In this document: piece by piece, positions 51,181-64,000 of the stretch
Position numbering within the stretch: position 1 is the stretch's first letter
Layout of the letters: each line of letters opens with the position of its first letter
Translations under genes and position numbers: made by a program
Notes under the pieces: generated by a model
Databases searched by the model: none
Seen by the model: only the letters and a program-made list of their open reading frames with translations
Told to the model about the DNA's origin: nothing
Source: Camelus ferus
Taxonomy: Eukaryota
Assembly (NCBI RefSeq): GCF_009834535.1
Contig: NC_045697.1
Coordinates: forward strand, 86,368,001-86,432,000
Direction of reading: 5' to 3'
Length of the DNA stretch: 64,000 nucleotides

Positions 51181-52655
51181 TACTGAGGAAACGTTTAAGC
51201 CTAATGATGATAGAGATTGACTTACTTACTTAAAAATGGATAATGATATTTATCATTATTAAGTCTTAGAATACTTCATATGTATTAAAAAAAATAGTGC
51301 TTCTTATTTTTATTTTAATTTTAAGAATTTGACTTACAGCAAGAAAAAGGGGCAGACACTTTATGTAATAGCTTAGGGGACTGTCTTAGTTTTTAGTCAT
51401 TTGATAAATCTAAAAAAATAGGAGAGAACATAGGTTAAGCTATTTTAAAAATATCAGAAAAGTTACAGGCCCTAAACATTAGTTTTTTGAAAGATTGGAT
51501 TTAGTTTTTTGAAGGATTGAATTTATCTTTTTTTCTTCAATTGTTGCAGGAAGTGAAGAGGGAAAAAACCTAGATTGGGGTAGAATTAAAAGTATTACTG
51601 TGTAAGAAATGAATGTTCTGATTCATTTCTCTTAGTTTATTTTTAAAATGGAGTGGCAGGCATTTTTCATTTGTTAATTTAAACTAAATTTTATATTTAG
51701 TTACGGTGTTTGACATTTCAAATGTTTTTTGCTAATGAGAAAAAATTGATTTTGGTGAAATTTGATACCTTACTAAAAATATACACCTCATATTTAAACC
51801 ACAGCCTAAGGTACTGAAAAGAAAGTTAATAGTAATTCTCTTCACCCATTTAAAAAAATTAAACTGTTCTGACTGGTCATATCTAATTTTAATTGCCTTT
51901 CAATTGAATTTGTTCGACAGAAATAAAAACAGATACAGATTGAAGAAAAGTCTTAAAAAATCCTACATATATCATACATAACAAAAGAAAGCACTGACTC
52001 TGGTACTGTTCTTCTGACTCTTTCTGGCTGACATGTGATGCACTGTCATAGATTATTTCCTCAGTAGAAACAAGTGCCCCATCTGTCACTTTATAGATGG
52101 GTTTACTACTTACTGTTGTTATATTATATTTAATGTAATTATATCTTTTATTTGAGATTATTGTTTGAAGTCTACAGTTCATAAAATCTTTGTTTTGACA
52201 TTGTGTAGTTTTAAAAAATAAATTAGTATATGAAAAATTTCTATGATGCAAAAGTTCAAATCTGTGTGATGTTTAATGCATCATACTTGAACATTTTACT
52301 ATTTATATTTTAGCATAAACTTATGGCTATAATGCGGTAAAGTTTTACTCTGTTAAAGGCACTTTGCTGTTCTTAGCATAAAATCTTTAAATTTTGGTGT
52401 TATACAACCAGAATCTAGAAATTAAGGTTGTCTTTAGAATGCTAAATTGAAATACTATATTAACATCAGCTTTTTTCTTTCTTTTGCTAGTGTTTTATTA
52501 TTTTAAAATTTTGATTCTTTTTTATCACAGAATTCTATTTAAAATAAATCATTTGAGTTACATCTGCTGTGGAAAAAGATTTGCTTAAAACTTTGACTAA
52601 AGTTTTTAAAAAGTTGACGGAGAACTTTTTTTTTTCCCTGTAATAACGTTTTTAG

Positions 52656-52842
52656 ATCCAAAGGCAGAGACCAGATTGTACATCACAGTCAATGATTTTG
52701 AATTTCATGTCTATAATCGTTCGGATCTTTATGGACGTCTTCAAGAATTGTTTGGTTTGGAGCCAACAATAATTCCACCTAAGAAAGAAGATGATAAAAC
52801 ACGAGAAAATGGAAGAACAAGAACCCAGTCCAAAATTGAAAG
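52656..52842 (+). CDS. BLTP1: BLTP1 coding exon 5 (DPKAETRLYITVNDFEFHVYNRSDLYGRLQELFGLEPTIIPPKKEDDKTRENGRTRTQSKIER)
   Basis: Overlaps ORF 52676..52903; acceptor ttttag, donor AG|gttgat, 187 nt. Confidence 0.95.
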
Positions 52843-54533
52843 GTTGATTGCCACACTTGACTTTATTATTAATCTCCAACGTTCAGACATTTGTTTTTTT
52901 TAAAGTATCATTGACACTATTCACCTAGACACAGACTAGTCTTTCTTTGTAGGTTAGCCAACACTTTATTCTTACAAATAATTATATAATTCTCTAAAAA
53001 ATTCAAATAATACAGAATTTTGTAATGTAAAAAACCAGTCCTCATCTACTGCTGCTCACCAGTTCTACTTCCCTCCCATGTTGTTAACTACTGCTGTCAG
53101 TTTGTTTTTTTATCCTTTTGAGTGCACATACATATATCTATACACATATATATATATATACATTTTCAATTAAATATTTAATGGATAGTATGTCCCAGGC
53201 ACTGGGATGCTATGACAACTGTTCTGTCTTGGAATTTATGGCTTAGTATGGGAGTTAGAGCAGTTACTAGGCAATTTTAGAGCAAGAAGTATAACATAGG
53301 GTCAAGAATAGAATTCTGTAGGCACACATAGAAGGATCAGGGAGGGCTGGAACCTTAGGGGTGAATGAATTAAGCAAAGTAGATGAAGAGTCTTCTACAG
53401 AGAAGAAACTTCATATGCAACAGGGAAGTTGTTTCCTGAGGCTGGAGTGGATTACTTGAGGCGGGGATAAATTAGACTAAAATGGTTAGCAGAGTCCCGG
53501 TGTTAGAAATTTGGCTTTACCCCAGGCAACAATGTTGTGTTGTGATTGGAGGGAGGTAAGATTGCAGGCAGAGAGACCAGATAGAAGGATGTTGTAACAA
53601 TTCAGGGAAGAGGTAATTGTCAACTGGGTTGTGAGCAGAGGGCAGGGAGAGACGTGGCTGGATTCCAGATACAGTTAAGGCAAATGAATACTTAAGAGAG
53701 TGATAGATTAGATATGGAGAACGAGTAAGAACGATGAGTCAACAATGAATCCAAAGTTCTAATTTAAGTCATGCTTAGTCAGGGAACCTTAGAGAAAGAG
53801 GAGATTAGGGGAGGTAGTGAGCTTGGCTTTGACTTTAGTTTTATGCACTGAGGGCTACCCTAAAACTTAAGTGGCCTGAAAATGGCTTTAGAAGTGTGAC
53901 TTAGGAGTTAATCAGGTTATTCAAGTGATGGGCCCTGAGTTTTCATATGAAATCTTCAGTGAATTGCTGTGAATTTTTCGTTTCTTGAATTTTGTGTACT
54001 TTGTATATGGCCAGTTTCTTTTTTCTTACTCTTGATACATCATTTTCACTTTTTGAGAGGAAATTATTTTGGCACAAAGTGGTGAGGTTAGGGAAGGAGA
54101 AAGGTCAGCTTCATTGTCAGAAGTGTTTAAAACACTTAAAACATCAGTGACTTGTACTTTGGTCATTTTTGTTTTAATCATAAGTTTGGCTGTCTTGTGA
54201 AATGTTGTAGTGTAATGGGCATAATGGTAGATGTAATGACAGCATATCCTAATTTATACTTCTGTCTGTAAGCTTGTCATTCTAAAAATACAGTTTTGTT
54301 GTTAAAGCTTGCCTGTGTAAAAATTGATACACGAAGAGTACATTCTAAGAGTACTAAATGTTAGGGATATTAGTGTTCTGTTAGATGGTCATCGTTTTGC
54401 TTACTGAGCAGTCATTTAGATGTATTTGGAAAGGTACAGCTGGTATTAATAATGTGTATTGTGAGGAGTCAGCTCTATTCTCAAGTATTCAAGTTTTTTT
54501 TCCTGTATGTCAATTTTTGTCATTTCTTCTCAG

Positions 54534-54615
54534 AGTTAAAGTAAAAACAGAATCTCAAGACCCCACATCTTCATGGAGATCACTTATTCCAGTCATAAAG
54601 GTCAATGTGAGCACA
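54534..54615 (+). CDS. BLTP1: BLTP1 coding exon 6 (VKVKTESQDPTSSWRSLIPVIKVNVST)
   Basis: Within ORF 54385..54639; acceptor cttctcag, donor ACA|gtaagt, 82 nt. Confidence 0.95.
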
Positions 54616-54973
54616 GTAAGTAAATTTTACTACAATTAATGTTTGATGGGTTAATAACAGAATCTAATTTTCACTTAAGAAGATAATTTTGTGGAGTTTT
54701 TTTGGTTCCATTTTTCATAAAGTGAAAGAATTATTTCAATACCAGTACCATTTTAGCACAAATATATTAGACCTTAAAGGCTATTTATTTATTTACAAGT
54801 GCTTAAATTTCTTTAAATACTGGTCTAAATTGGTCAGCAGAGTAATTTAAATAGTATAGAGTGCTAAAGTGGAATCATTTAGTAGTTACTTGAAAATGCT
54901 TGTTATTAGGTCAACTAAGGAAAAACAGTATGGCCTGAATAGTATGGCATAATATCTCTTATCTGTTTTTTAG

Positions 54974-55167
54974 GGACGTTTGGCTTTCGGAAATCATTAC
55001 CAGCCTCAGACTCTATGCATCAATTTTGATGATGCTTTCTTAACTTACACTACAAAACCACCTTCCAGTCATCTTGACCAGTTCATGCATATTGTGAAAG
55101 GAAAGCTTGAAAATGTTCGAGTCATGCTGGTTCCTAGTCCGAGATATGTTGGTCTTCAAAATGATGA
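54974..55167 (+). CDS. BLTP1: BLTP1 coding exon 7 (GRLAFGNHYQPQTLCINFDDAFLTYTTKPPSSHLDQFMHIVKGKLENVRVMLVPSPRYVGLQND)
   Basis: Overlaps ORF 54980..55171; acceptor tttttag, donor GA|gtaaga, 194 nt. Confidence 0.96.
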
Positions 55168-57178
55168 GTAAGAAAGTCATAAAAATAACAAATAACTTCT
55201 TTATATCTAGTGTAGCTATCATTTAGAATCTTTAGCATCCTTTTAATTTTTTTGCTGTAAGTTGGGCAATAGGTATATTTCCCTATTAAATCAATTGGTA
55301 ATATTCCTGTTTTATAAGATAAATGGATGTGTTATCCATTGGTAAACTTCTATTTTAATATTTTTCTATAAGCTTATAAGTAATTTTTCTATCTTTTTCT
55401 CCTCACTGTATTTGGGAAACTTATTTTGGGCAGTTAAGCTGTGATGTTTGTATGTTAGAAAATACACATTACAGGTAGGTTTTTATTTTCAGAAGGGATG
55501 GATAAATAGTAAATTCAACAAATACATAGTGGAATACCATTTGAGTTAACGAAAAGTTAAAAATTGGATAAGAATTACTCTTGGAAAACTGATGAAGTTA
55601 GAACAGTTTTGGAACTTGTTTGACATTTGAGTCCCAGTCAGTTTTCCACGTGGCTTTCCTGACTTGCTTTCCTTCAGTGAAGTAGCTGCTTGCATTTAGG
55701 AGACACAGAGTAATAAGGATCCACATTAGCGTCACCCTCACTGTGATGGGATGCTTTCATTCCAGTGAACTGGAACCCTCAGGTAATAGCAGACATATGA
55801 CTCCCATCTGGCCCCAGGCCACGTGCTCATGAGTGAGATGAGTGCTTTTGTAGTCTTTGTTATTCTCAGTCTCTATTCTTTTTTGTGAAGAAGACTCTAT
55901 AGGAGACTCTATGATTGAATTTGTGTAATTTAAGTATTCATATGATGAATTTCCACTATGTCTCAGCTTTTATTTTTTGTGTGTAGGCAATATAAAATTT
56001 GAGGTTATGAGACGCACGATTGTTCCTTTCTGGTTCCAGCTTTCTGGCTAGCTTGCTGTTAGAATTTCTAGGGATTGGCAAGGATGATAGAGTCATTTTC
56101 CCTACTTGACTACCAGAGAGGCTGTGGGTCTACCTGGTTTCACTCTTCAGGATCACTGAGTTTGCTGAGCATCTTCTGGAATGTGGGCTACGCACACAGT
56201 TCTGTATTTATGGGTACAAGTTGTAATCCTGAATAAATAAATCTGTATTTCTGTGAAAATTACTAGAGAGTAAAATGAAAAAGTGATCTGTTATTAATTT
56301 GTATAAAAAGATTTTAAATTATATTTTTCCCTCTTCAAAAGTAAGCATGGAGATTAACTGATGTAATTATACACTAACCTTTGTTGTTTAATACATATTT
56401 AGAAGATGATGGCTAAATCTGTGTATGTTATATTATCTAATGATTGAGAGGTTAATTTTTATGCGGATGAAAGATGTTGTGATGTATGACAAAGAGAAAT
56501 TTGTTAAAGCAAGTAAAGATTAACAGTTTGTGGGAAATTAATTGACAGTATGGAAACATTCATTCCAGAATTTGAGTTCAAGATGTTTGCTTTAAATTTA
56601 GTTCAATTTATTTCAAGTTGATCAACTAAATATTCTTAGAAATAGATAATATAAAATTGTTAAAAATGACCTAACATTTTTTCTTATTTAATGTTTCTGA
56701 AAGATTGTACTTTATTTTACAGACATATAAAATGATATTTCTTATTATTTTGTAGTGTTATTTATATAAAATGGTTGAGTTTTAAGTCTAATTTTAAATA
56801 TTTTGTTGCAAATGCAGAATATGATTATTCTGTTCCAGCAAACATTGTTCTTCCATCGTACTTAATTAAACTTTGATTTAAATTGATTTTTCTCATTCAG
56901 AACTTAAAATGAAACATGAAAAACAGATTTTTTTTTCCTTCTTGAACCAATTTACTGATCAAAAATTTTTAGTACCATTTTATTATATAGTCTAATATAG
57001 AAAGCAGTTATGGAACAACTTATTGTATATGTGAAAGATGTTTTCCCTTTTCAAGATGCTGCACCTGATTGCTTTTTAGTTTTTTTGTTTGTTTTTGCCT
57101 ATTACCATTTAATTAGAATAGTGAACATTTTATATTTGGAGATGTACTTAGTTTGCGTTTCCCCCCTCCTTTATATAG

Positions 57179-57258
57179 ACCGCCAAGATTAATGGGAGAA
57201 GGTTTTGTGGTGATGCAGTCAAATGATGTTGACATCTACTATTACATGGATGAGCCAG
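57179..57258 (+). CDS. BLTP1: BLTP1 coding exon 8 (EPPRLMGEGFVVMQSNDVDIYYYMDEP)
   Basis: Acceptor ttatatag, donor G|gtatta, 80 nt, frame continuous. Confidence 0.95.
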
Positions 57259-57649
57259 GTATTATTTTTTGAAAATAAGTTTCATAGCTGCAATTCTGTT
57301 TCTTCTATGAAACGCTAATATCTAATAATATTTTAAGTCTCCCTACTTAGGATATAAATAAACATTGATAATGGCAAATGTAGATGTAAGAATGCCTACC
57401 TAAAAAATATATGTGTCATTTGTCAAAAGTTGAATATTATGTATCAGATCAAAAGAGAACAGTATAGTAATCTTTCCTTCAAATTCCATTTTCACAAATA
57501 TACCTCAAAAATTGTGAATGCAAATGACCATGAGAGAAAACTTTTAGAGAATACGGTAGTAGTTAAGGAGTTCATGCTGGCTTAGGAAAAAAATCACAGT
57601 GAGTTAGATTTGAGGCTTAAATATTAAGGATTGAAGTCCAGCTAGTTTC

Positions 57650-59042
57650 AGTATTTCACAGGCAGCCTCAATTTTATAAAAGCAGCTAAATACTGAATTT
57701 TTAGCCCTTTTTTTCTAATTCTCATTTTTTTTAAATACATTTCAGGAGGCTTATGAGGTTAAAATATTTTCAAAATTAGGATGTTATTTGCTTTTTTTTT
57801 TAAACCATGTTGTACTAATGATGCAAAAGATATATGGTGGGTAAAACCGCTGGTGCTTTAACACGAGTCGAGGCAGTGGTTCCAAACTGTATTAGTCATC
57901 ACTGCCACACACTCACAATAAAAGTAACAAATGCCAGTATCATTTTACAGTGTTTTTGATCAAGCAGTAAAAATTATTTTCATCAAATCTTGACCCTTGA
58001 GTGAACTTTTTAATGTTCAGTGTGATAAAATGATAAGTACATAGACTACACTTCTGCTGCATAACAAAGTACACTTTTATTTTGTGAAAAGCACTTGTGT
58101 GATTGGTTCCAAGCTGAACTATTTGCTCTTTTCATGGAACACCAGTTTTGCTTGAAAGAGCAACTAGGGACAAACTATGTTTCTGAGTTTTCATGTGAAA
58201 ATTAGAATTTTTAAATTTGGGTCTGCCACTATGCATTTGATGACTTTTCTGATGAGACCACTAGTGATAGTAACAATATGATTTTTTAAATGTTTAATGA
58301 AATTTGTCTATTTGGAAAAAATATGCATGTCTCAGTGAACCAATATTTTCCAGATGACCAATGTATGATGTTGGTAAAAGATTTATTCAAAATGCAAGTG
58401 AGATCAGTAAATTTTAACCTATCAGGGTATGAAAATTTGAGTGATATGATTTTAGATTCCATACTGCAGGTAATCTTTAAGAAATTATCATTTGTTGAAT
58501 TTTGGTGTGGTGTCAAAGAATATCCAAAATTATCTGGAAAAGCTATTAAAATATTCCTCCTTTTTCTGCCTGCCTATTTGTATGAGGCTAGGATTGAAGG
58601 ATTTTCTTCAAATCCTTGAACAACAGATTAAATGTAGAAAGTTATGAGAATTTACCTGTTTTCTACTAACCTGGGCATTAAAGAGATTTGCCAATATAAA
58701 AACAGTGCCAGTACTTCTCACTAAATTACTTTGTTTTAAAAAATATGGTTATTTTGATTTAAAAATATTTTCATTAAAAATAGAATTAAAATTCATTTAT
58801 TTTCATTAAAATACAGTTATTTTCCACATATTTTTATTACATTTTATTAAACGTTTCATTATGTCAATGATGAATGAGTTTACTTTAAAAATAAATTTTA
58901 AAAATATTGCTCAGTTCAGATTTTGAATACAGTATATTTTTGATAGGATATAGTGCAAAAAAAAAAATCCAACTTTGGGATCCTGAATAATTTTTTAGAG
59001 TGTAAAGGGTTCCTGAGATCAAAAAGTTTTTTAGAACTGCTG
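57650..59042 (+). mobile_element. Charlie1-like hAT DNA transposon with transposase relic
   Basis: ORF 58290..58619 resembles the hAT dimerisation domain (FKKLSFVEFWCGVKEYPKLSGKAIKIFLLF...YLYEA..GFS); upstream AVKII.FIKS.PL and TLLLH relics; terminus tttagaactgctg. Confidence 0.85.
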
Positions 59043-59108
59043 ATCTAATGAAACGTTTTAATGGTTATTTTAATTAACTACCTTCATATTGTATATTCTG
59101 CATTACAG

Positions 59109-59259
59109 GACTTGTTCCAGAAGAAACAGAAGAAAATGTTGAAGGAGAAGTGAGCAGTGAGGATTGCAAATTACAAGATTTACCTCCTTGCTGGGGACTA
59201 GATATAGTTTGTGGTAAAGGAACAGATTTCAACTATGGGCCATGGGCTGATAGGCAGAG
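59109..59259 (+). CDS. BLTP1: BLTP1 coding exon 9 (GLVPEETEENVEGEVSSEDCKLQDLPPCWGLDIVCGKGTDFNYGPWADRQR)
   Basis: Acceptor cattacag, donor AG|gtactt, 151 nt. Confidence 0.96.
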
Positions 59260-59671
59260 GTACTTGATTAAATTATATTTCTATTAAGTCTTTCAAATGT
59301 ATTGGGATAATAGTATAATTTTTATTAAAAACTACCATAGTATTTTAGAAGCTATTTTATTATGCAGGGTGAGATGTCACTAAACAGTTTAATCCAAATA
59401 ATAACTTGTTTGTAGAGAAATTGGCAAAAGCAAGTTTGCTCTAAAGAAGCTAATTCATTAGAAAAGTGGTGGATGAGCCACATATTTATTGGTTCCTTTG
59501 TTTTTACTTTCGTATTTAATCAAGAAATATGCCAGAGATTGGTGGGACTATGGAGATTCAGAGATAGAAGACATATATAGTTCAGTTTTAGGAAAAAAGA
59601 AACAAAAGAGTTTTATTAAGTGCTATAATACAAATAAGTAAAAAGTCTGGATGAAGAACTTAGAAAGATAC

Positions 59672-60083
59672 TGTATTAGTTTACTAAGGCTCCCATAACA
59701 AAGTGCCACAGACTGTGTGGCCTAACAGAAATTTCTCATAGTTCTGGAGGTTAGAATTCCAGAATCAAGGTGTTGGTGGGATAGGTTACTTCCGAGGTCT
59801 GAGGGAAGGATGTGTCAAGCCTTCCTCCTTGGCTTGTGGATGGTCATCTTCTCCCTGTGCCTTCACATGGTCTTCCCTCTTATGTGTCCTGTAGGTCTCT
59901 GTGTCCAAATTTCCTCTTCTTAGCAGAACACCAGACATACTGTATTAGGGCCCACTCTGCTGACCTCATTTTAACTTAACTACCTCTCTAAAAACCCTGT
60001 CTCTGACTATGGGCAAATCTGAGGTCCTGGGGATTAGGATTTCAACATAGAAATTGTAGAGGGACACAGTTTAGCCTGTAATG
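59672..60083 (-). mobile_element. MaLR MLT1A/B-like solo LTR
   Basis: tgtattagttt..aaggct.ccataacaaagtgccacagactg...tcatagttctggagg...aatcaaggtgttgg...tgacctcattttaacttaa...gggacacagtttagcc. Confidence 0.85.
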
Positions 60084-61805
60084 GGTTCATAACTCATACT
60101 GAAGATTAGAGGAGAGAAGAATTGGGGAGTGCTATTTGGTATAGGTAACATGTGAGTTAAATTCTGAAAGATAAGTAAAAATTAGCCAGGAATGAAAGGG
60201 AAGGATAAATAATCAGGGCAAGGGAAGAGCTCTGCAAATGTGTGATGTGAGTGGAGAATTGTCTTAATAGGTTCTGCAGGTTAAGAGATTTGTAGGTAGT
60301 TAAGAAATACATAGATTTTATACTGGAGGTAATGGAGAGTGAAAGATAAAAAGCATTTTTTATTTCTTAGTTTCTGTTAGTTTTGGAATAATTTAAAAGT
60401 TGTTAATGTATTATGAACAACTATCTACTTATTGAAGAATTTTAAACAAAGAAGGGGACATTTACCATTAATTATGAGGGAACATTTAAATTTTTATGTA
60501 AACAGACATTGTTTAAAGATAGTTTAGTTTTTCATAAACTAACTTGAATGGAGAAATACAGGCCAGATCAGTCACTGAAGCAGATATTACTGGGCCATTG
60601 ATAGACTAATAAGAGAGCTGATACTGACTTCTTGATATACTGTCTCTTTTCATAGTTGTTTTAAAAAGTACTTTCTACCTAAGATTGTTGGAAGAGTTAT
60701 GTGCTTTGTCAAGTACTACATTCTGTTAATCTTGGTATCTTTAGTATATAGGAATACCTGCTCCATTAAGTAGTTATTTACATATTTGACAGTTGTGTGG
60801 TAAATGAAAAGTAAATGTGTTATTTGAAAACTTGCAATATGCTAATACTTCATTAAATTCTAGGTTAGGTTATTAAACTTGAAAGTAAACAGAGCTTAAA
60901 ATTTCAGATTAAAAGACAAATACTTTTCAAATTACTGGACTTAAATTTTCCTTTTATGATGAAGTTTTTCCTTTTATGATAAAATTTTTCCTACACTAAG
61001 CCGTGCTATGTTTACTATGAAATAGTTGAAAATGAGGGTTTTTATATTCCATTAAATGACATTTACATTTGTTATACTTGAAAGGAAAAAATTAAAGCAG
61101 TGTTTTAACACAGACATAAAATATTTTTGCATTTCTAGCACTTGAGTAAAGTGTGATTCTTCTTAAACTATATTCACTTTTTTTCATTTAAAAAAGTATT
61201 AGGCTATATTTACATGAAAATCCAAGCTAAAATTCTTTCAATATATAATCATATTCACTTCTAAGGTGATATTTTTGTAATATAGAAAAAAGATACTGAA
61301 GATAACATGAAGGAAAAATTTGCTTTACCAACTCCCTGCAGTAGATCCTGCCACTGCTAGGAGAGAACAGCAATACATTTCTTAACCTGGACTTAAAAAA
61401 ATCATGGAGAGAAAAGAAAGGAAGGAAGGAAGAGGGGAATTTATAACATGGGTTTAGTTTCCTTATGTGGATAATAATAGTATTTATCTATTCCCTTACA
61501 TATACAAATGGTCATTTCCTCTTTTGTAGCCATTTCCTTTTTTCTTCCCCATATTGAATTTCTACACAAATATGAACTGTAATCAGAAACGAATAATTAG
61601 ATTAGTTTTCTTAGCATCAACCTATTAATGTAAGAAATAAAGGAAGAAATCACAACTATTTTGCTATTGGATAGTTCACTTGGCATTTTGAAAAGTTTTT
61701 GATCATGTAGCATGACCTTTTAGCTTGTAGATTTTGATGTCAGTTCTCTTACCTTTACATGATTTTCTGAATCTTTAAGATACTCAACTTTTCCTTCATG
61801 ATATT

Positions 61806-62146
61806 TTCTTTTCTTTTCTTTTTTTTAATAGACTTTATTCTTTTAGAGGAGCAGTTTCAGGTTCACAACAGAATTGAGCAGAAAATACGAAGAGTTCACA
61901 CATAGCCCTCCCCACCCACACATATAATACTCCCCTATCCCTCATCAGTGTGGCATATTTGGTACAGTCGATGAACCAACATGGGCACATTATTATCAAC
62001 CAAAGTCCACAGTTTACATTAGGGTTTACTCTTGATGTTGTACATTCTATGGGTTTTGACAAATGCATAATGACATGTAGCCACCAATATAGTATCATAC
62101 AGAATAATTTCTTTGCCCTAAAAATCCCTTGTGCTCCATCTATTCA
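61806..62146 (-). mobile_element. L1MC-like 3' end
   Basis: Poly-T then aatagactttatt..ttagag..gcagtttcaggttcaca.cagaattgagcagaaa...caaagtccacagtttacattagggtt.actcttg. Confidence 0.8.
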
Positions 62147-63494
62147 TGATGTGCTTTTTAAGAGTTTTCATGATGGAGTTAAAATGCAAACTTCATAGAT
62201 TTGTACTTAATCATTAATGATTATTATAATAATGCAAACATTCCTGACATTGTCTAACTTTTCATTGCTGTAACTTAAGTGCTTTCATTTATATTTTCAC
62301 ACTTGATCTTTATAACGCAGGGAGAGGTACAAGGACAGGTGTGGTGAACTCATTATACCTGTGGGAAAATGGAGATGCATAGGGGTTCAGTGAGCTGGGC
62401 AAGACAGTGAAGCTTTAACATCTAGAGCCAGCCCTTCAAATCCACTGCTCATTTCATTGTATCCTACTACCCATTTACTAGTCCATGATCATCTAATGAT
62501 CAGATGGATTCTTTGTCTTTAATAGTCTCAGTTCTATATATTTGTGTGTCTTAACCAAAACATTTGCAGACTTAATTTTCTTTTCATGTACGTTAATTTA
62601 ATCACTGCAAGTTAAAGTCTGTGATGGGTCAGTTTGCAAATTTTGTTGTGTTCATCTAGTTTTTCCCAGTCAGTTTATTCCATGCAGCATTTCCTGTTAC
62701 TGGTGACTCCTTCCTCAATTCTTCCTGTTTAAAAGTCACAAACTGGCACCTTTTTTGATTGTATGAGTAACATTATTCTAATTTTTACTTATATAGAAGA
62801 CTCTGAATTAAAAATTTCTTTTTTTTTTTTAATCTTTGTCAAATGATAAGGGGAGGCAAATACATTAGATTCTTACCCACCAAATACTTGTTTACTTGTT
62901 TAGAAATCTATTGCTCTTTGGACTCTTACTATTATAATATTGGTTAAAAATAATGATTATGAAAATCATAGAAATAATTGCCATTTTTTTTCCATGTGCC
63001 ACATACTGCCATGTCTTTTTCATGTATGTTGTCATTTAATCCTTGGATCTATTCTGTGAAACCAGTTACTGTAATCCTATTTTACAGATGAGGAAGCAGA
63101 CATGTGTTCTCAAAAAGGTTCAAGTAACTTGCCTAGAGTGGAATGATGGTTCTGATTAAACCATCTTCCTTCAGGTCTTTCTTTGCCATTTGAATAGGAT
63201 GATGTACTTGTAGAAAGTCTTTAATTTCTCAGATATCTCATTTGATAATTGTATATTTATTAAGTGCTTAAAGCCCATTGATCTCTGGAAGTATAAAACA
63301 TTGGAAAAAACAGTCTTTCATTTTACTGAAAGTATAGTAAGTTTTATTTTGTGACTGATTTTTTTCCTATTTAATTTCTAATTGTTAAATGAGATAGCGG
63401 TGATAATATAAAATTATAATACTGGTTTTGGTACTTTATTAGAGGTAATTTTACTTGAATAACATATCACTTTTCTTTCTTCCTCTTTATATAG

Positions 63495-63651
63495 AGATTG
63501 TTTATGGAAGTTCTTCTTCCCACCTGATTATCAAGTTCTCAAAGTTTCTGAAATTGCACAACCTGGGAGACCAAGACAGATCCTTGCTTTTGAACTACGA
63601 ATGAATATTATTGCAGATGCTACAATTGACTTGCTGTTTACCAAAAATAGG
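63495..63651 (+). CDS. BLTP1: BLTP1 coding exon 10 (DCLWKFFFPPDYQVLKVSEIAQPGRPRQILAFELRMNIIADATIDLLFTKNR); gene continues beyond the window
   Basis: Acceptor ttatatag, donor AGG|gtagtt, 157 nt; the ten exons sum to 1209 nt = 403 codons with no stop. Confidence 0.96.
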
Positions 63652-64000
63652 GTAGTTATTGAAATAATATAGTAGAAATAGTATTTAAAATTTAAACATT
63701 GTTTTCCAGACTGTTTTTCTGGTGACTAGTCCTGTACTTAGATTCATTTCTATGTGCTTCCCCTCTCCACTCCCCCCAATAATTATATGTGTGTTACTTT
63801 CATTAGGTGCCAAATAACAGAAAAAAGTTAGTTAATAATAATAGACTTTCATACTGTAATCTGACTTATTTTCTCCTTTATATCTGGCTAAATTGTTTTA
63901 GTATATTTTTGGTATAAATTTGAATTTTTGCTCTTAGGAACTTTTAATGCCTATTTAATATTATTGATGATTAAATTTTGTCTGTGATAAAATGTTTTAT

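Noticed and set aside
52843..52903. ORF extension past coding exon 5 (LIATLDFIINLQRSDICFF)
   Set aside because: Chance read-through into the intron; the AG|gttgat donor joins in phase with the next exon.
55940..55970. ATGATGA box-C-like motif as an intronic snoRNA
   Set aside because: No well-placed box D or terminal stem seen.
58290..58619. hAT dimerisation-domain ORF as a domesticated ZBED-like gene
   Set aside because: Surrounding transposase is fragmented by stops and deletions; typical Charlie fossil.
1..64000. CRISPR arrays, operons, rRNA or tRNA genes
   Set aside because: Mammalian intron/exon DNA; no repeat-spacer arrays or structural RNA genes seen.

Overview
Mammalian genomic DNA. 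Artiodactyl-type L1 3' ends and the absence of BovB/Bov-tA/PRE-1 SINEs suggest a camelid, but this is inferred. The window holds the 5' part of BLTP1 (KIAA1109, bridge-like lipid transfer protein 1) on the + strand: a CpG-island promoter with a probable first exon ending at 22633, then ten coding exons (34350-63651). These splice GT-AG into 1209 nt / 403 codons, MDQRKNESIV...DLLFTKNR, and the gene continues past the window. Upstream lies a decayed class I (gamma-like) endogenous retrovirus (LTR-gag-pro-pol, no env or 3' LTR) with a younger L1 nested in gag. Intron 2 carries a twin-primed, 5'-inverted L1. The rest is ordinary LINE, MIR, MaLR and hAT-Charlie debris plus simple repeats. I see no convincing new biological system. 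The most interesting unexplained structure is in the BLTP1 5' leader: an exon-1 ATG that splices in frame to give a 55-aa Arg-rich N-terminal extension, three candidate exon-2 acceptors covering all three frames, and a 7-codon uORF whose stop overlaps the main start (TAATG). Repeat family names are from recall and repeat boundaries are approximate.
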